A DNA stretch of 50,777 nt from Salisapilia sapeloensis CBS 127946 (taxonomy: Eukaryota > Protista > Oomycota). The translations under genes and the position numbers were made by a program. The DNA is taken from the NCBI GenBank assembly GCA_023334545.1, contig JAADVB010000132.1:1-50777 (forward strand), in the 5' to 3' direction. This document shows, piece by piece, positions 32,560-44,260 of this stretch. How positions within the stretch are numbered: the first letter of the stretch is position 1; the number at the start of each line of letters is the position of its first letter. The notes under the pieces were generated by a model. It was not told the origin of the DNA. It saw only the letters and a list, made by a program, of their open reading frames with translations, and ran no database searches.

Positions 32560-33147
32560 ATGACTGACGTATCAGAAGATGGACTACGTCGGTGCTGGTG
32601 GTGCGGAGACGACCCGATGTACATGGCGTATCATGACGAAGAGTGGGGCGTGCCCAAGCACGACGACCAGACTCTCTTTGAGATGCTCATCCTCGAAGGA
32701 GCCCAGGCCGGCTTATCCTGGCTTACTATCCTCAAGAAACGAGAGAACTACCGCAGAGCCTACGACCACTTTGATATCGCGACTGTCGCGGCGTACACGG
32801 ACGCAGACTACAAGAGACTGCTGGCAGATCCAGGCATCGTCCGGAATAAACTAAAACTCGCGTCCAGCATATCGAACGCCAAAGCTACGCTAGCTGTCCA
32901 AGAGGAGTGTGGGAGCCTAGACCAGTACCTCTGGTCCTTTGTCGACCATACCCCTGTGCGCAACCAGTTTCAAAGTAAGTCGGAAGTACCGACAGAGACC
33001 GCCGTTTCACGTGCCTTAAGCAAAGATCTAAAAAAGCGGGGGTTCAAGTTCGTCGGTCCGACCATCATGTACGCATTCATGCAGTCCGTCGGGATGGTAC
33101 AAGACCATCTAGTCGACTGCCATCGCCACCAAGTACCGGGTGTCTAG
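32560..33147 (+). CDS. tag: DNA-3-methyladenine glycosylase I (Tag family), intronless
   Basis: RCWW...YMAYHDEEWG, LFEMLILEGAQAGLSWLTILKKRENYR, GIVRNKLK, SKDLKKRGFKFVGPTIMYAFMQSVG and DHLVDC. Zn ligands C/H/H/C are present. An alternative start at 32497 is possible. Confidence 0.95.
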   Translation: MTDVSEDGLRRCWWCGDDPMYMAYHDEEWGVPKHDDQTLFEMLILEGAQAGLSWLTILKKRENYRRAYDHFDIATVAAYTDADYKRLLADPGIVRNKLKLASSISNAKATLAVQEECGSLDQYLWSFVDHTPVRNQFQSKSEVPTETAVSRALSKDLKKRGFKFVGPTIMYAFMQSVGMVQDHLVDCHRHQVPGV

Positions 33148-33309
33148 ATGAGACGAAAGAGACCGAAGAGACCAAACCATGCGTCTCTTCATGGTGCATA
33201 CAATTGCCAAGAGTAAATTGTTGGCCAGGAATGGCCATCACGACGTCTGGACACTTGGGAGATCACTTTTGCATTTGAGTCTCAGTCCTTTGCATCCTCT
33301 ATAAACACC

Positions 33310-33807
33310 ATGGGTCCCCCTCCTCCGCCAGGCGAAGAAAAAGTTGTCATCCTGCGAACGGTCGGGGGTGAGGTCGCTCCGGCTTCGGCTCTCGCGCCTA
33401 AGGTCGGTCCGCTCGGTCTGTCGCCGAAGAAAATCGGTGACGACATCTGCAAGGCCACGGGCGACTGGAAGGGCTTGAACGTCACGGTCAAGCTTACCAT
33501 CGTCAACCGTCAGGCGACCGTCTCCGTCATCCCGTCTGCTTCCTCGCTCCTCGTTAAGGAGCTCAAGGAGCCGCCGCGTGACCGCAAGAAGGTGAAGAAC
33601 ATCAAGCACGACGGTAACCTGTCGCTTGACCAGGTCATCGGTGTCGCTCGCATCATGCGCGAACGATCCATGGCCCGATTCCTCTCCGGAACGGTTAAGG
33701 AGATCCTCGGCACGGCCAGCTCCCTAGGCTGCACCGTCGACGGTGAGACGCCGGCTGAGATTCAGCGTCGTATCACCGACGGAGAGCTCGAGATCCCGGA
33801 AGAATAA
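33310..33807 (+). CDS. RPL12: 60S ribosomal protein L12 (uL11)
   Basis: [58 protein letters not shown] and [18 protein letters not shown]. Confidence 0.97.
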   Translation: MGPPPPPGEEKVVILRTVGGEVAPASALAPKVGPLGLSPKKIGDDICKATGDWKGLNVTVKLTIVNRQATVSVIPSASSLLVKELKEPPRDRKKVKNIKHDGNLSLDQVIGVARIMRERSMARFLSGTVKEILGTASSLGCTVDGETPAEIQRRITDGELEIPEE

Positions 33808-33995
33808 GCTCAAGGCAAATCAAGTGGTCTTCCGCGCTGCGGACCGATCAAATTCCATTGTTTCTCGTTCATTTTCTTATCTAGTAGGATGCCTGTCGTG
33901 TATGCATGTACTAGGTGAAGGAGAGACGACGTCGTACACATACCAAAGAGAAGAGGAATGAATTAAAGAGTACGATTCAAAGGCACGTCTTCAGC

Positions 33996-35597
33996 CTACC
34001 CAAAGACGATGGACGATGGACCTCCGCCGTAGTTTCGGCTCATGCGCGAGCGAGAGCCTGGAGTCTTGGTCTGTTCGTTTTTCGACTCGGCGCTTCCCGC
34101 CAGACTAACCTTATCCGCATCGATCCCCTGGTTCTTCAGGTTGCTCTTGATCGCCTCCGTGTCGCTGCCCTTGATGTTTAAGTCATCCTTGACCTCCTCA
34201 ACTGTCTGTCTGCCGTCCTCATGCGTCACCAGCACTCGTCTACAAGTGGAGTTCTCGCTCCAGCCTTCGCCTCCGCTGATGTGCCACGCATTCCGGATGA
34301 TCAGCTCAAAGTAGTCGTCGTCGTCGATAGAGGCGCTGATGGTGGCGTAGTACCGGAGGAACTCCCCTGGATAAACCTTGCCATCCTTGTCTCCACCGTC
34401 GAAAGTGTCCAAAAAGTCTGCTAGAACGTCCTCCCGTCTCTTCTTTCCAGCCTTCACGTCCGGATGATTCATAGCAGAGTACTTTTGCTTGAGATCCTCG
34501 ACGTCCACCACCCCGTTCTTGTCTGCATCCAGTCGTTCGAATGCTATCAGAGCCATCTCCTTCCGACGCTCGTTCATCTCTCCTCGCAAAGCAACTAGAA
34601 ACTCGTCGTAGTCGATCTCGCCAGATCCATCGGCATCAATAAACCTGAATAAGTCTTCCACCGCCTACTCCCATGTCCTTGAGATTATTAATTGACTATT
34701 ATATTATAATGTAAAAAGTACCTTGGACGAGAGACCGAGATGATGCTCCTCGATGGCTTTGGAGAACTCGTCCAGGTCCAGTCGACGGTTCCCGTTGTCG
34801 TCGATGATGCGGAACTTGCGGCCGAACGTCGCGACGCTCCTTGCGCCATGTTCGTAAAGCGACTGGCGAACTACTTCCAGCGTCTCTTGGACGTCTGCAG
34901 GGGCGTTAATGATCTTCTCAGGTAGGACGTTGCTCAGCTTCACTGGCTGGTGACTCGATGCCGACTGCCAGTCGCTCAAGCCTCCGAGTCGGATCAGGTC
35001 CTCCAAGTGATCCGCTACGTCCTTACCGTATCCGCTCTTGGCCGTCTGGATGGCACTCGACGAGTCTTCCATCAGCACTTTGCGCACCACTGGCTTCAGT
35101 GTCTGCATGCTGATCTCCATCAGCGACTGCGTCAGACTAGACGCGACGGCCTGGAATACCACGTCATTCGGATCCAACACACCGACGCAGACGACAGCAT
35201 GGAATCCGTTTTCACTGGCGTTGCTCAGAAGCTTGTTAGCAGCATACGGCAGCAAGTCTACGGACGGAACGACGAAAGTCTCATGTGCGAACCCCTTGAG
35301 ATTCTTCAAACAGTTCTCCTCGATTTGGTCCACACAGTCTCCAGGCCCTCCTGCCTTTAAGATTCCGACGCGAAGCTTGGAGGCTGATACTACAGAAGTA
35401 GGTACAGCAGTCGCCACCTCAACCGATGGCTTGGCTACCGGATCTTGAGCTGGGATGGGTGGAGACGCAGGCGCTGGAGCTTGCTTAGGAGCTACTTGGT
35501 CATATCCGAAACTGACATTGGATCCGCCACCAGGGGGTGCCTGTACTCGAGTCGTAGGTCGCTTGAGCGAGAGATCGGAAGAAGTGAGCGTGGACAT
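33996..35597 (-). CDS. Fusion protein: PGG motif - lumazine synthase (RibH)-like domain - calcyphosin-like EF-hand domain - GGG motif; intron 34665-34721
   Basis: RVQAPPGGGSNVSFG. RibH-like VVPSVDLLPYAANKLL, HAVVCVGVL and FQAVASSLTQSLMEISMQTLKPVVRKVL. EF-hands DDNGNRRLDLDEF, DADGSGEIDYDEF, DADKNGVVDVED and DGGDKDGKVYPGEF. Calcyphosin motif YATISASIDDDDYFELIIRNAWH. A canonical 57-nt intron joins the two ORFs in frame. Confidence 0.88.
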
Positions 35598-36996
35598 CTT
35601 GGTCGAAGCAGCCAAATCCAGTTTGATCTCATCTCCTGCTCGTACTTAGTGGCGCCATATGGACACCTGGAATCATAACTGATACATTGGATAGAAACAT
35701 GGCAACTATTTGATCGAGTACGACGAGGTTTTCTGTAAGTATAACTCCTAGAACTTATTCATATTGCTGTCTATGGATATACTTGATCATTCCTTCCTAG
35801 GATCGCCATGTCCACAGCAGAAGTACAAGAGGTAGGATCTATTTCAGTCGACTTTCATATGTATACTAGACTCAGAGAGATAAGTGTCTTTTTGAAGCGA
35901 GCTGATTGCATTTACTATCGATTCTATAAAGAGCTTTCAATCGTCCTTTGTATCTCTCTCGCTACGGGTTTACGATGGGTACCTCTTGAAACGATAGCCA
36001 CTTATGAAAGGCATAGGAAATTGCATCGACTTGATCAGCGCTTTCATTCGGTGCTAGTACGCATCAAGCGTAGCTTGCTTTTCATCCACGATAGAAGGCA
36101 ACGGCATGCAACTGGACAGTCATTTCGACACCTCTTTGATCCAAGAGAGATACAACTTCCGTATCTCTCGTTTCGATTGCCGACGCACGGAATAAATCTG
36201 CAGCAAGTATCAACGGTTGAATAGAGTGAACTCTCCTTATTCCTCAGGCTCTTTCAGTCCAGCTCCTAATTCAACGGTCACATTTGGAGTGCAAGCACAA
36301 CCCACGTCCCAGACGGTTGGGACCTAATTCGAACAATCTACTAGCACTCACACATGCCAGTAGACCGTCCGGACTTTCGACAAGCCAAGTCACTGGAAGA
36401 ATCGACAACTAATACGAACACCAATAATGTAATCACGATCATCCTAAGTGTCATTTCATTTCTACTCACTCGATTCTTTCCAATCCTCTACCCTGCTCCG
36501 TTCTTATCCTAGTAAAGATGCAGGAGATGCACACGCTGACGCATTCGCCTCAAGCACGTGAACGCTTGGCCATGCTTCGAAGAACAAAGTCGATCTAGAA
36601 TCCCAGAACCAGAATCAATGCGGGTAGTTTATTAATAAATCCAGCATAGCACATCGTAATCTCCCAAGACGGACTCGTTTGCTTGTAGCTAAGAGCCATT
36701 CACAGCCTCTTAATGGAGAATCGATGAGTAGAACCCTCTCGACATGCTACGGAAAAGATCGATTCCAACGGAACTGAAGTCAGTAGCGAATTTCGAGCCT
36801 TCCTTCGTTCACGTACGAAAAGGTCTCGTCATGCATTCGGCGTCCGTTTCATCTTTTCGGTCGCGTGGAAATGAAAGGTCGCGAGGTCAAGGGCAGGAAA
36901 AGATTTGCAGCGACCCCTGCGTCCCAGATCTACAACTGCTAGCGAGCTCCCACATCGACGACAAAGAAGGTCGCATTTGGTATCTCTCAGCAGAAC

Positions 36997-38447
36997 ATGG
37001 AAGACGCGTTGCTTTCCAACGACATGTTTCAAAAGATGCTCAGTGACGACATGAACCACGGGTCCGTCCCAAAGCTAGATAAGCGCCGACAGTGGAGTAA
37101 GGCAGACGACCTAGTCATTCTCAAGTTCGTACGCGAGTATGGGACCAAGCGCTGGTCCAAGATCGCCGAGTTACTACCGGGAAGGACGCCCAAACAATGT
37201 CGGACGAGGTAACACATTTTATTCTGTGATACTTGACATCAAGTGCTCACGTGTCTCCTTCATCCTTTTAGATGGCTTAACTTTCTTGATCCGAGCATCG
37301 ACAAGGCGCCGTGGCGGCCGGAAGAGACGCAACTGATCTTTGCAGCGCAGAAGAAAATGGGGAACAAATGGGCGGAAATCGCCAAACTACTTCCTGGAAG
37401 GTGGCTACAGTCAGTTCATCAGCCCGATAAATTCTCTCTAACAAGCCTATGAACTGTAGGACGGATAATGCGATCAAAAATCACTGGTACTCGACCCATC
37501 GACGTCACTTGCGTCAGGCAGCCAAACACCGAGATAAGCCAGAGGCGAGCGGAAAAATGGGCGGCAGAAAGAGAGAAGGCGGAGCACTTCGGGAGTCTGG
37601 GATGAAGACCACCAAGCGACCTCGTAAGAAAAGCTCCGCTGACAGCCATGGAGATCAGAACCACACAGACGACTGCAGTGAAGAGAACTCGAATCCTGCA
37701 GCTGGCCACTCCACGTTCGAGATGGATTTATTTGCGGAGCATCTGTGTGGGTCGCTCACATCGCCCATTTCTGTCAGTTCTCTCGGATCACCTGTCAACG
37801 GAGGTACTCTTAACCTACTGTCCGGACGTCCAGACACGTTGACAGTACCACCTCTTGTCTCCAATCTGCATCCTCATTCGCAGCACCAGAATCCATCGAC
37901 AATAGGCCATCTCCCCACAGGATGGTACTCTCCGTGCGTCATCAATTCTACGCACCTGTCCACGTACTCTTTCTCGGACGCACTCTCTGCATCCGGCCTG
38001 CTAGATCAGAGCAGTCCTCACGATGGACCTAGTCTTCACAACGACCAGTCAGCTTGGAAGGACCTTGGACTGCGTTCGAACGACAAAGACATCGCGAGGC
38101 AAAGTGCGTCGTCTACGTCCCCAGTATCTGCTAAGGTTGAAGACGAGATCAAGAGCGATCAACCAACAACTCGTGAAAGCTCTAAAAAATTTGAAGAGAG
38201 TACTGAGAAAGGAAGAGGGAAGAGCACTAATAAATCTCGCGTCGCGGCCCTTAGACTCAGTGAGCCTCGAAGTCGGAGTAATTCCGCGGATCTCTTCCTC
38301 GACTGCGTACACATGCTCTCCTCGAAGAAGAGAGAAGTCAGCGACAGTGTTGCGAGCAGAAGTTGGCGTGCGAGGGTTCAGGAACAGGCACAAAAGAACA
38401 AGCTAGCGAAAGAGCTAACAAGACCACAGGCATCTGAGTCAGCGTGA
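36997..38447 (+). CDS. R2R3-Myb transcription factor; introns 37209-37271 and 37401-37459
   Basis: WSKADD..ILKFVREYGTKRWSKIAELLPGRTPKQCRTRWLNFLDP and WRPEE..[33 protein letters not shown] after splicing. Confidence 0.93.
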
Positions 38448-38499
38448 GACTAGTAATACAATACTACACAACATTTAAATAGGCAATCCTTCGCACTTG

Positions 38500-41400
38500 C
38501 GACTATTTTGAGGTGTTGCTATCTAGATTAGTTGTACTGACACAAAATGTTGCCTAAACTTTCAATATACAAGAAGATCACTGCAAGCTCTACCAAAGCT
38601 TAAACTCTGACGACTGCAAAAGCCTCCTACACAGCTCTCACATCGTAAAGTAGGCAATCAGAATCTCCAAAAACTAGCCTAACTCAGCGAATTTCAAATA
38701 AATAAATCTTATGAATATAAACTTCAACAACATGATTTTCTAAGTTTTTTTTGTTACAATGTAACTTTTTATAAAAGTACACCAGTCAAAACCTTTGCTC
38801 TAAGAACATAAAGCTACGTGACTATAGACGGTATCTTAAATTCAAACACTGATATAGTTACGCTATGAGAACATTAAACGTACGTTCGTAACTTTTTAAG
38901 TTGAAAATAAGGACTTCAAAAGATTCATACTCAAAACGTTTCTGATTCAAACCTACTACACTGTGTAGCAAGAACAACTAATACGTTATTAAAAGCACTT
39001 GTACATAGCAGACTCTAACATCGAAGGAGAAATTGAAAAAATGTAATTTCATTTACTTATATAAGCTAATAAGTGTAGGCTAATATTTATCAAAAGTTCT
39101 AAGAATAATGACTACTTCTATAAAAACAATACAGAAAGATTTAAACTTTGTACATGTAATCAACAAACTAAAATACAGCTTATTTATTAAATTTCAATAA
39201 ATTGATATAATAATCTACGTGTTAAACAAGTACTAAACAGTTTTTGATTCTTACATATTCGCTTCGTGTAGAACGTAATTATTCAAATTCTTATGACACA
39301 AACAAAATCTAAATCAAATTTGTACTAATGTATAAAATAAAAATAAATGTACATACTACAGTAAAAATACATATTTAAATATTTCTTTAAAAACTTTTTT
39401 GCTATATATGAGTGTGCAATTACAATGACTTTCCATACTATCTTGTTTGCGAAAATCAGCTAAATTTTTACTTATACATGATAGAAAAGTAAAAAAAAGA
39501 AGTTATAAGGCAAAAGGCTTATATTGTTTTTAGTTATATTGATATTATGTAATAAAAATCATAAAACCTTTAAAATTAGATTATAAATACCATACATAAG
39601 TCTTGTTTGTCAACATGTATTTAAACGTACAAGAAACAGTAAACTCTTAGTTAAAAAAAATTTACAAGTGTCAAAATTGTATTTAGCTTTGTACAATTTA
39701 TGTTGCAAAAATAATAAAATAAAATGTTAGAAAAATAACCAAAAATATTATAACACTGTTTATTATTTACCATTTTTTTTAGACTTTATATCAACATACA
39801 AAAATAAATTATTAATGTTAATGATCTTTTAATGAATAATTATTAATGTTAAAAAGCCACTGCACTCATAAAAATTTTTACAATGGACAAATACAGTTTA
39901 CTATCTTTATCTATTTTAAACTTGTGTCAAACAAAAGTTATGTTGTTTTTTAAAAAAAGCATGTTAGATAAGAACATTTGCGCATTTTAAATTTAGATAC
40001 CCAACAACACAGTCAACGAATACCAACTTAGAATAACACAAAGGTTGCTTTCTGTTTATAAGTTACGAATGCAAAGAAAGCTCAAATTTTACTTTAATTT
40101 CCTTGTATTATTTTATTATTATACCTATTTTTATATCAAAGTAGTTTCTTATCATACCATAGTCTTTTCAACTTTATAATATATATATATTTAAAGTTCA
40201 TCAACGTAGACAGGCGCACATTAGATAATTATAAATACTTATAATTTTTAATCTTTTTTGGTCATTAATAGAGTAAACGTAGGTGCCTAATTAAAGATTA
40301 TATTTTTATACCGTGCAGATAAAAAACAAATCTTATCAGTAAAAAACAAATCATAAAACTGGTTGACACAAACAAATTAGCTTACATTTCAATTAGAATT
40401 AAAAACGAACTCTGTTTATATTTGCTATGATAGTTGTGTTTAGCTTTTGAAAATAAATTGTTTAAGTAAACTATATAAAGCAATTAGACAAACACATAAA
40501 ATTTATTGTAAAGTAATATATTAGTTTTAGTAAAAACTAAATTAAGAAGGATTAACATCTTTATTGGAATTAAAACACGCAGTCTTTAATACACGTACAA
40601 ATAAACAACTAAAATATGATTTAGTATGCAGTTTGATTTTGAGACTAAATATTATAACGCGTATCTTTGTTTTGTTCCACTTTAAATATTATTTTGTTGA
40701 CAAAGTAATTACTGCAAATAACTTATGTAAGAATTGCTTTTTGAAACAAAATTCAGTCTATGCTGTTTTATAGAAATCATTATTTTAATTAAGTACTAAT
40801 AAAACGTTTAAATTATTTATTATTATAGCATAAAAAATTTTGTATACAAAATATACGTCATTTTTAGTTTAAATATTTTCCAATATACTTCTTTTGTTAT
40901 CCTTTGCGTTTACACGATTTCTATATTAACTTTGTACAACTTACCACTTTCATTTTAAAACCTTTTGTTTATTATACTTTTTTTTTAACAATGCTGAAGT
41001 TTTCTTTTATATTTTTGGACCGAATAAAGTATTTATGTAGGAATTATTTAAACTTAAAAGGGTTTATGTTTTAAATCACAATTTTGGTAATATGTCTTTA
41101 CTATTTAATTTTTTTGCGTTTTTTGCTTATAATACATTATACTGATTATGCTTATTTTGTACAGCACACTAGTGATATTATTGTTAACTTTAGCTACTTA
41201 ATTTAAAGACTAGTTGTATGTACAAACAAACAAAACATAAAAATTTTAACACTGTTTTGTTTTGTTAATGTACACTAATTTAAACTTACTGTTTCGATTA
41301 TTATAAGAATTAGGGTATGCTTTGACTTGTTTTTAATGAAAAAAATTGATATTTGATTTATACGCATGTTTTACATTTAAAACATTTTTCTTACATTTTA

Positions 41401-41800
41401 AACATACTACGGAATTTATAAACTGATGCTGTGTTCAATTTAATCTACTTGGTCATATAACAAAATCAAAAAAAATTTAAAACTTTGTTTACTTTGTAAT
41501 TAACTGTTTAATAATCTAATGTTGTTTTAGTTTGACGCAAATGATATTGAATAACATGTTTTCTGTATACTATGTGAAAAGCATCTATTCTATATTTTTA
41601 TTTCAATTCATAGCAGATAAACTTAATTAAGCTTATGTTAAAAATTTTGGAAAATCATGAAAAAAAGCATGTTGTAGCATTTGTACATCAATTTAATGAA
41701 AAGTATCAGTATGTAGTGCAATGTTTAAGCTTGGCGCAACAAAAAAAAATAATGCAAACAGCCGCAATTTAGACGTGCAACTTTCATGGACAATTTGAAA
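38500..41800. other. Extremely AT-rich, ORF-free island with TpC/GpA depletion (probable hypermutated sequence)
   Basis: Sampled 60-nt lines are about 15-28% GC against roughly 50-55% in genes. A hand count over nine lines gave about 23 TC+GA vs about 71 AC+GT. CA/TG are retained. Composition grades into both flanks. Confidence 0.85.
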
Positions 41801-43829
41801 GACCTAATCGACCTACCACTGTATAAATCGTTCGTATTGAATGGTAACAAAAGATCAGCTAGTACGTCTGTGGACGTTTGGCACGTTTTGGGACGGATAT
41901 AAAATATCCGAGGTTGGTTGACGTTATGTAAGAAGCTTTTAACTCGGTACTTTTTTTATATTGATGAAGAGTGGATGAAAAGTATAATTTAAGGGCAATC
42001 ATTTGTTGAAATTTGACTTTATGGTTAAGTATTGAGCTTATCAGTAGCCACAGCCTTGACTGCTTTTAACTCGTCCGAACATGAAGCTGACTCGTAAAAA
42101 GACACCTTGTCTTTATGCCCCTTCGATATGTGTAAGCTATCATCGTCTACAATGATGCATGCGTATATAAAACAACCAAAAGACACGGATTGTACATGTT
42201 GATAATTGTTACACGGTCAATTAGAATACGTTACGAATCTCTTCGAGATATGGTTTATAGAAAAGAGAAGAGCTGGCAGCTTTGAAACACAGGTAATATA
42301 AGAACTGCTCGAAGAGCTCTATGTATAGTCAAAGAGGACGAATTAAATCCTGAAATACGATCGCGAAATCACTCTTTGAAGGATATGCTGTAAGTAGGTT
42401 TCTAGTTTATTTTAATAGCTACTGTTTGACCCCGAGATACCAACAACCAATTTTGGCTGCCGCTATTTCACAATATCTAAGCTGAAGACAATATTCGTGG
42501 TAATGCCATCTGCATCTTCTTTTGTACATGTCCTTCTGACTCGTGACATAGTCTATAGACAGTCCCACCTTTGAGGCTTTATCCCATTTTCCCAAAGATA
42601 GGGCAAGATAGGCCACATTCATTACCTGAATTAGCATAAAATAGTTCTGACGATTGCTGAAGTATCATATCTGTCCTTTCAGTCATGCTGTGCCTATGAC
42701 ACGAAGGCAAAACATTATTCTATGTGCAAATAACGCACCGATATTCATCCCTTGATTAGTCGTTTCACAGTGAAACTTTGACACCTATCGAATGAAGTAA
42801 AAGATGCATTGCTATCGCTAGAAACAGCTACGACGGAAAGCTCTTACATCTGCTGTAGATTTATAGGTTGGTTGGCGCTACGTATTTTGTTCAGATTAGA
42901 TTCTCTCTTGGTATCACACTGGTTGTTCAACCGATTATAGAATGCCATGATCTTGAAAACATCAGTCGGAGCTCTCTCGAGTTCACTTGTTAGTAGGTAT
43001 CGAGTCTCAATTTCATTTCCCAACTTGAGTTCCACATCTAAGATTTGTTCATCACTAGATTTAATGTAATGTTTTAAAAATATGGGCAGGAAGCTATGAA
43101 AGTATAAGAAGGCAAGGGGTACACAAAATGCTCCAAAATGGTTCAAATAGATGGTGTTCAGAACTGTATGAACGAACAGAGCGAGGAATATGCATCACCA
43201 GCTTGATAGCGGTTCACCTCCGCAAGCAATGAAGTGATTGCCTTGATATTCTAAAATGGACCAGGTTCGAATACACCTACTGGCTGATATTTGACATCGT
43301 TTCGTCCCACTTTTCAGCTTGGAAAAGCGGAAACTGCTATCAGAGCATAGTGCTAGTCCAGAAGTATAGGTTTTTGACAGGTGGGCACCACCTTGTTACA
43401 ATTGAAAAGACAGGTATCTGGATATGCTAAATGTATTACTACAAAATGGTGCAGGTTTTCATATCGGTGATGGAGATGATAGTGACACTCCACTTCAGGA
43501 CGCAATCGAACAGTACCTTTTAAAATGAGGAGAATATTTGTCGAATGAGGAGCAGCTCCAACTGAGTACAACGACAAGCTTAAAAACGCGAGGACTATGC
43601 CGAGAAAAAACCTGATTGAAAGCGTTTTGAGTGTCCTTTGAACCATTAGCAAGACTTCCAAGAGCCATAGAATTCGAAAACCAAAAGACTGTGGACAGCC
43701 TCTTACGCCGATCAACCGTTTGAAAGGATATTGATAAAATGAAGCTTAGATACAAGAATTTTAAGGGGAAATGGCAAGGCAGAATGGGAGTAAAAGCGTC
43801 CACTCAGCCAAACCATCGGCAGCTACAAG

Positions 43830-44260
43830 TTTGGCGTAGTATGTTTTGCACTTTAGACAAAAGATGTCGATAAGCGGAATGGCATTATCAATTGGATTGA
43901 CGAAAAGAGCTGGATTCATAAAGAGAAATGTGAGAGTGGACCGTCATTGATCGTTATTACTTTCAGGGTAATCAATTAGATAACAACTCATGCTCTCCAG
44001 TGCGTTCAGATTGTGCAAATTTATAGCTCGTTGTCTCCTCAGATAGGTTTAAAATCGGTTAAATGGATAAGCTAACAAATGGAATACGATACAAATTCAG
44101 AGAAGTATGAAGCGCGAACACGGACACTGCGTCGAAAACCTTTCAAAAGCCAAGAGCTGTCGATAAACAAGAGGTATGCCTTCATATAACTGATGATCTT
44201 CTTATCAACATTTTTGCAAAAAGTTTGCTCCGCCATGGTATGGCTGTTAAACACTTCTAG
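43830..44260 (-). mobile_element. Heavily decayed non-LTR (LINE-like) reverse transcriptase remnant
   Basis: One minus frame reads SKLFAKMLIRR...ALGF*KVFDAVSVFALHTSLNLYRIP (cf. YKI.AK.LA.RL and LD..KAFD.V). A downstream frame reads DGPLS (cf. QGDPLSP). Many stops and frameshifts. Confidence 0.4.

Noticed and set aside
35000-35378. Functional riboflavin-pathway RibH enzyme
   Set aside because: Expected substrate-binding motifs appear substituted, so it is reported as a fold-level match only.
35808-36224. 138-aa ORF in the region between the calcyphosin-fusion and Myb genes
   Set aside because: No domain or splice support; composition is consistent with divergent promoter/UTR sequence.
38500-41800. 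Classical fungal RIP or CpG-methylation decay as the cause of AT-richness
   Set aside because: CA/TG are abundant and ACG/CGT persist in the sampled lines; the visible deficit is TC/GA.
38500-41800. Mitochondrial insertion (NUMT) or telomeric repeat
   Set aside because: No recognisable mitochondrial ORFs, tRNAs or rRNA, no TTTAGGG arrays, and graded rather than sharp boundaries. Not fully excluded without a search.
43255-43285. ggttcgaat resembling a tRNA T-loop
   Set aside because: No T-stem pairing and no cloverleaf or box A upstream.
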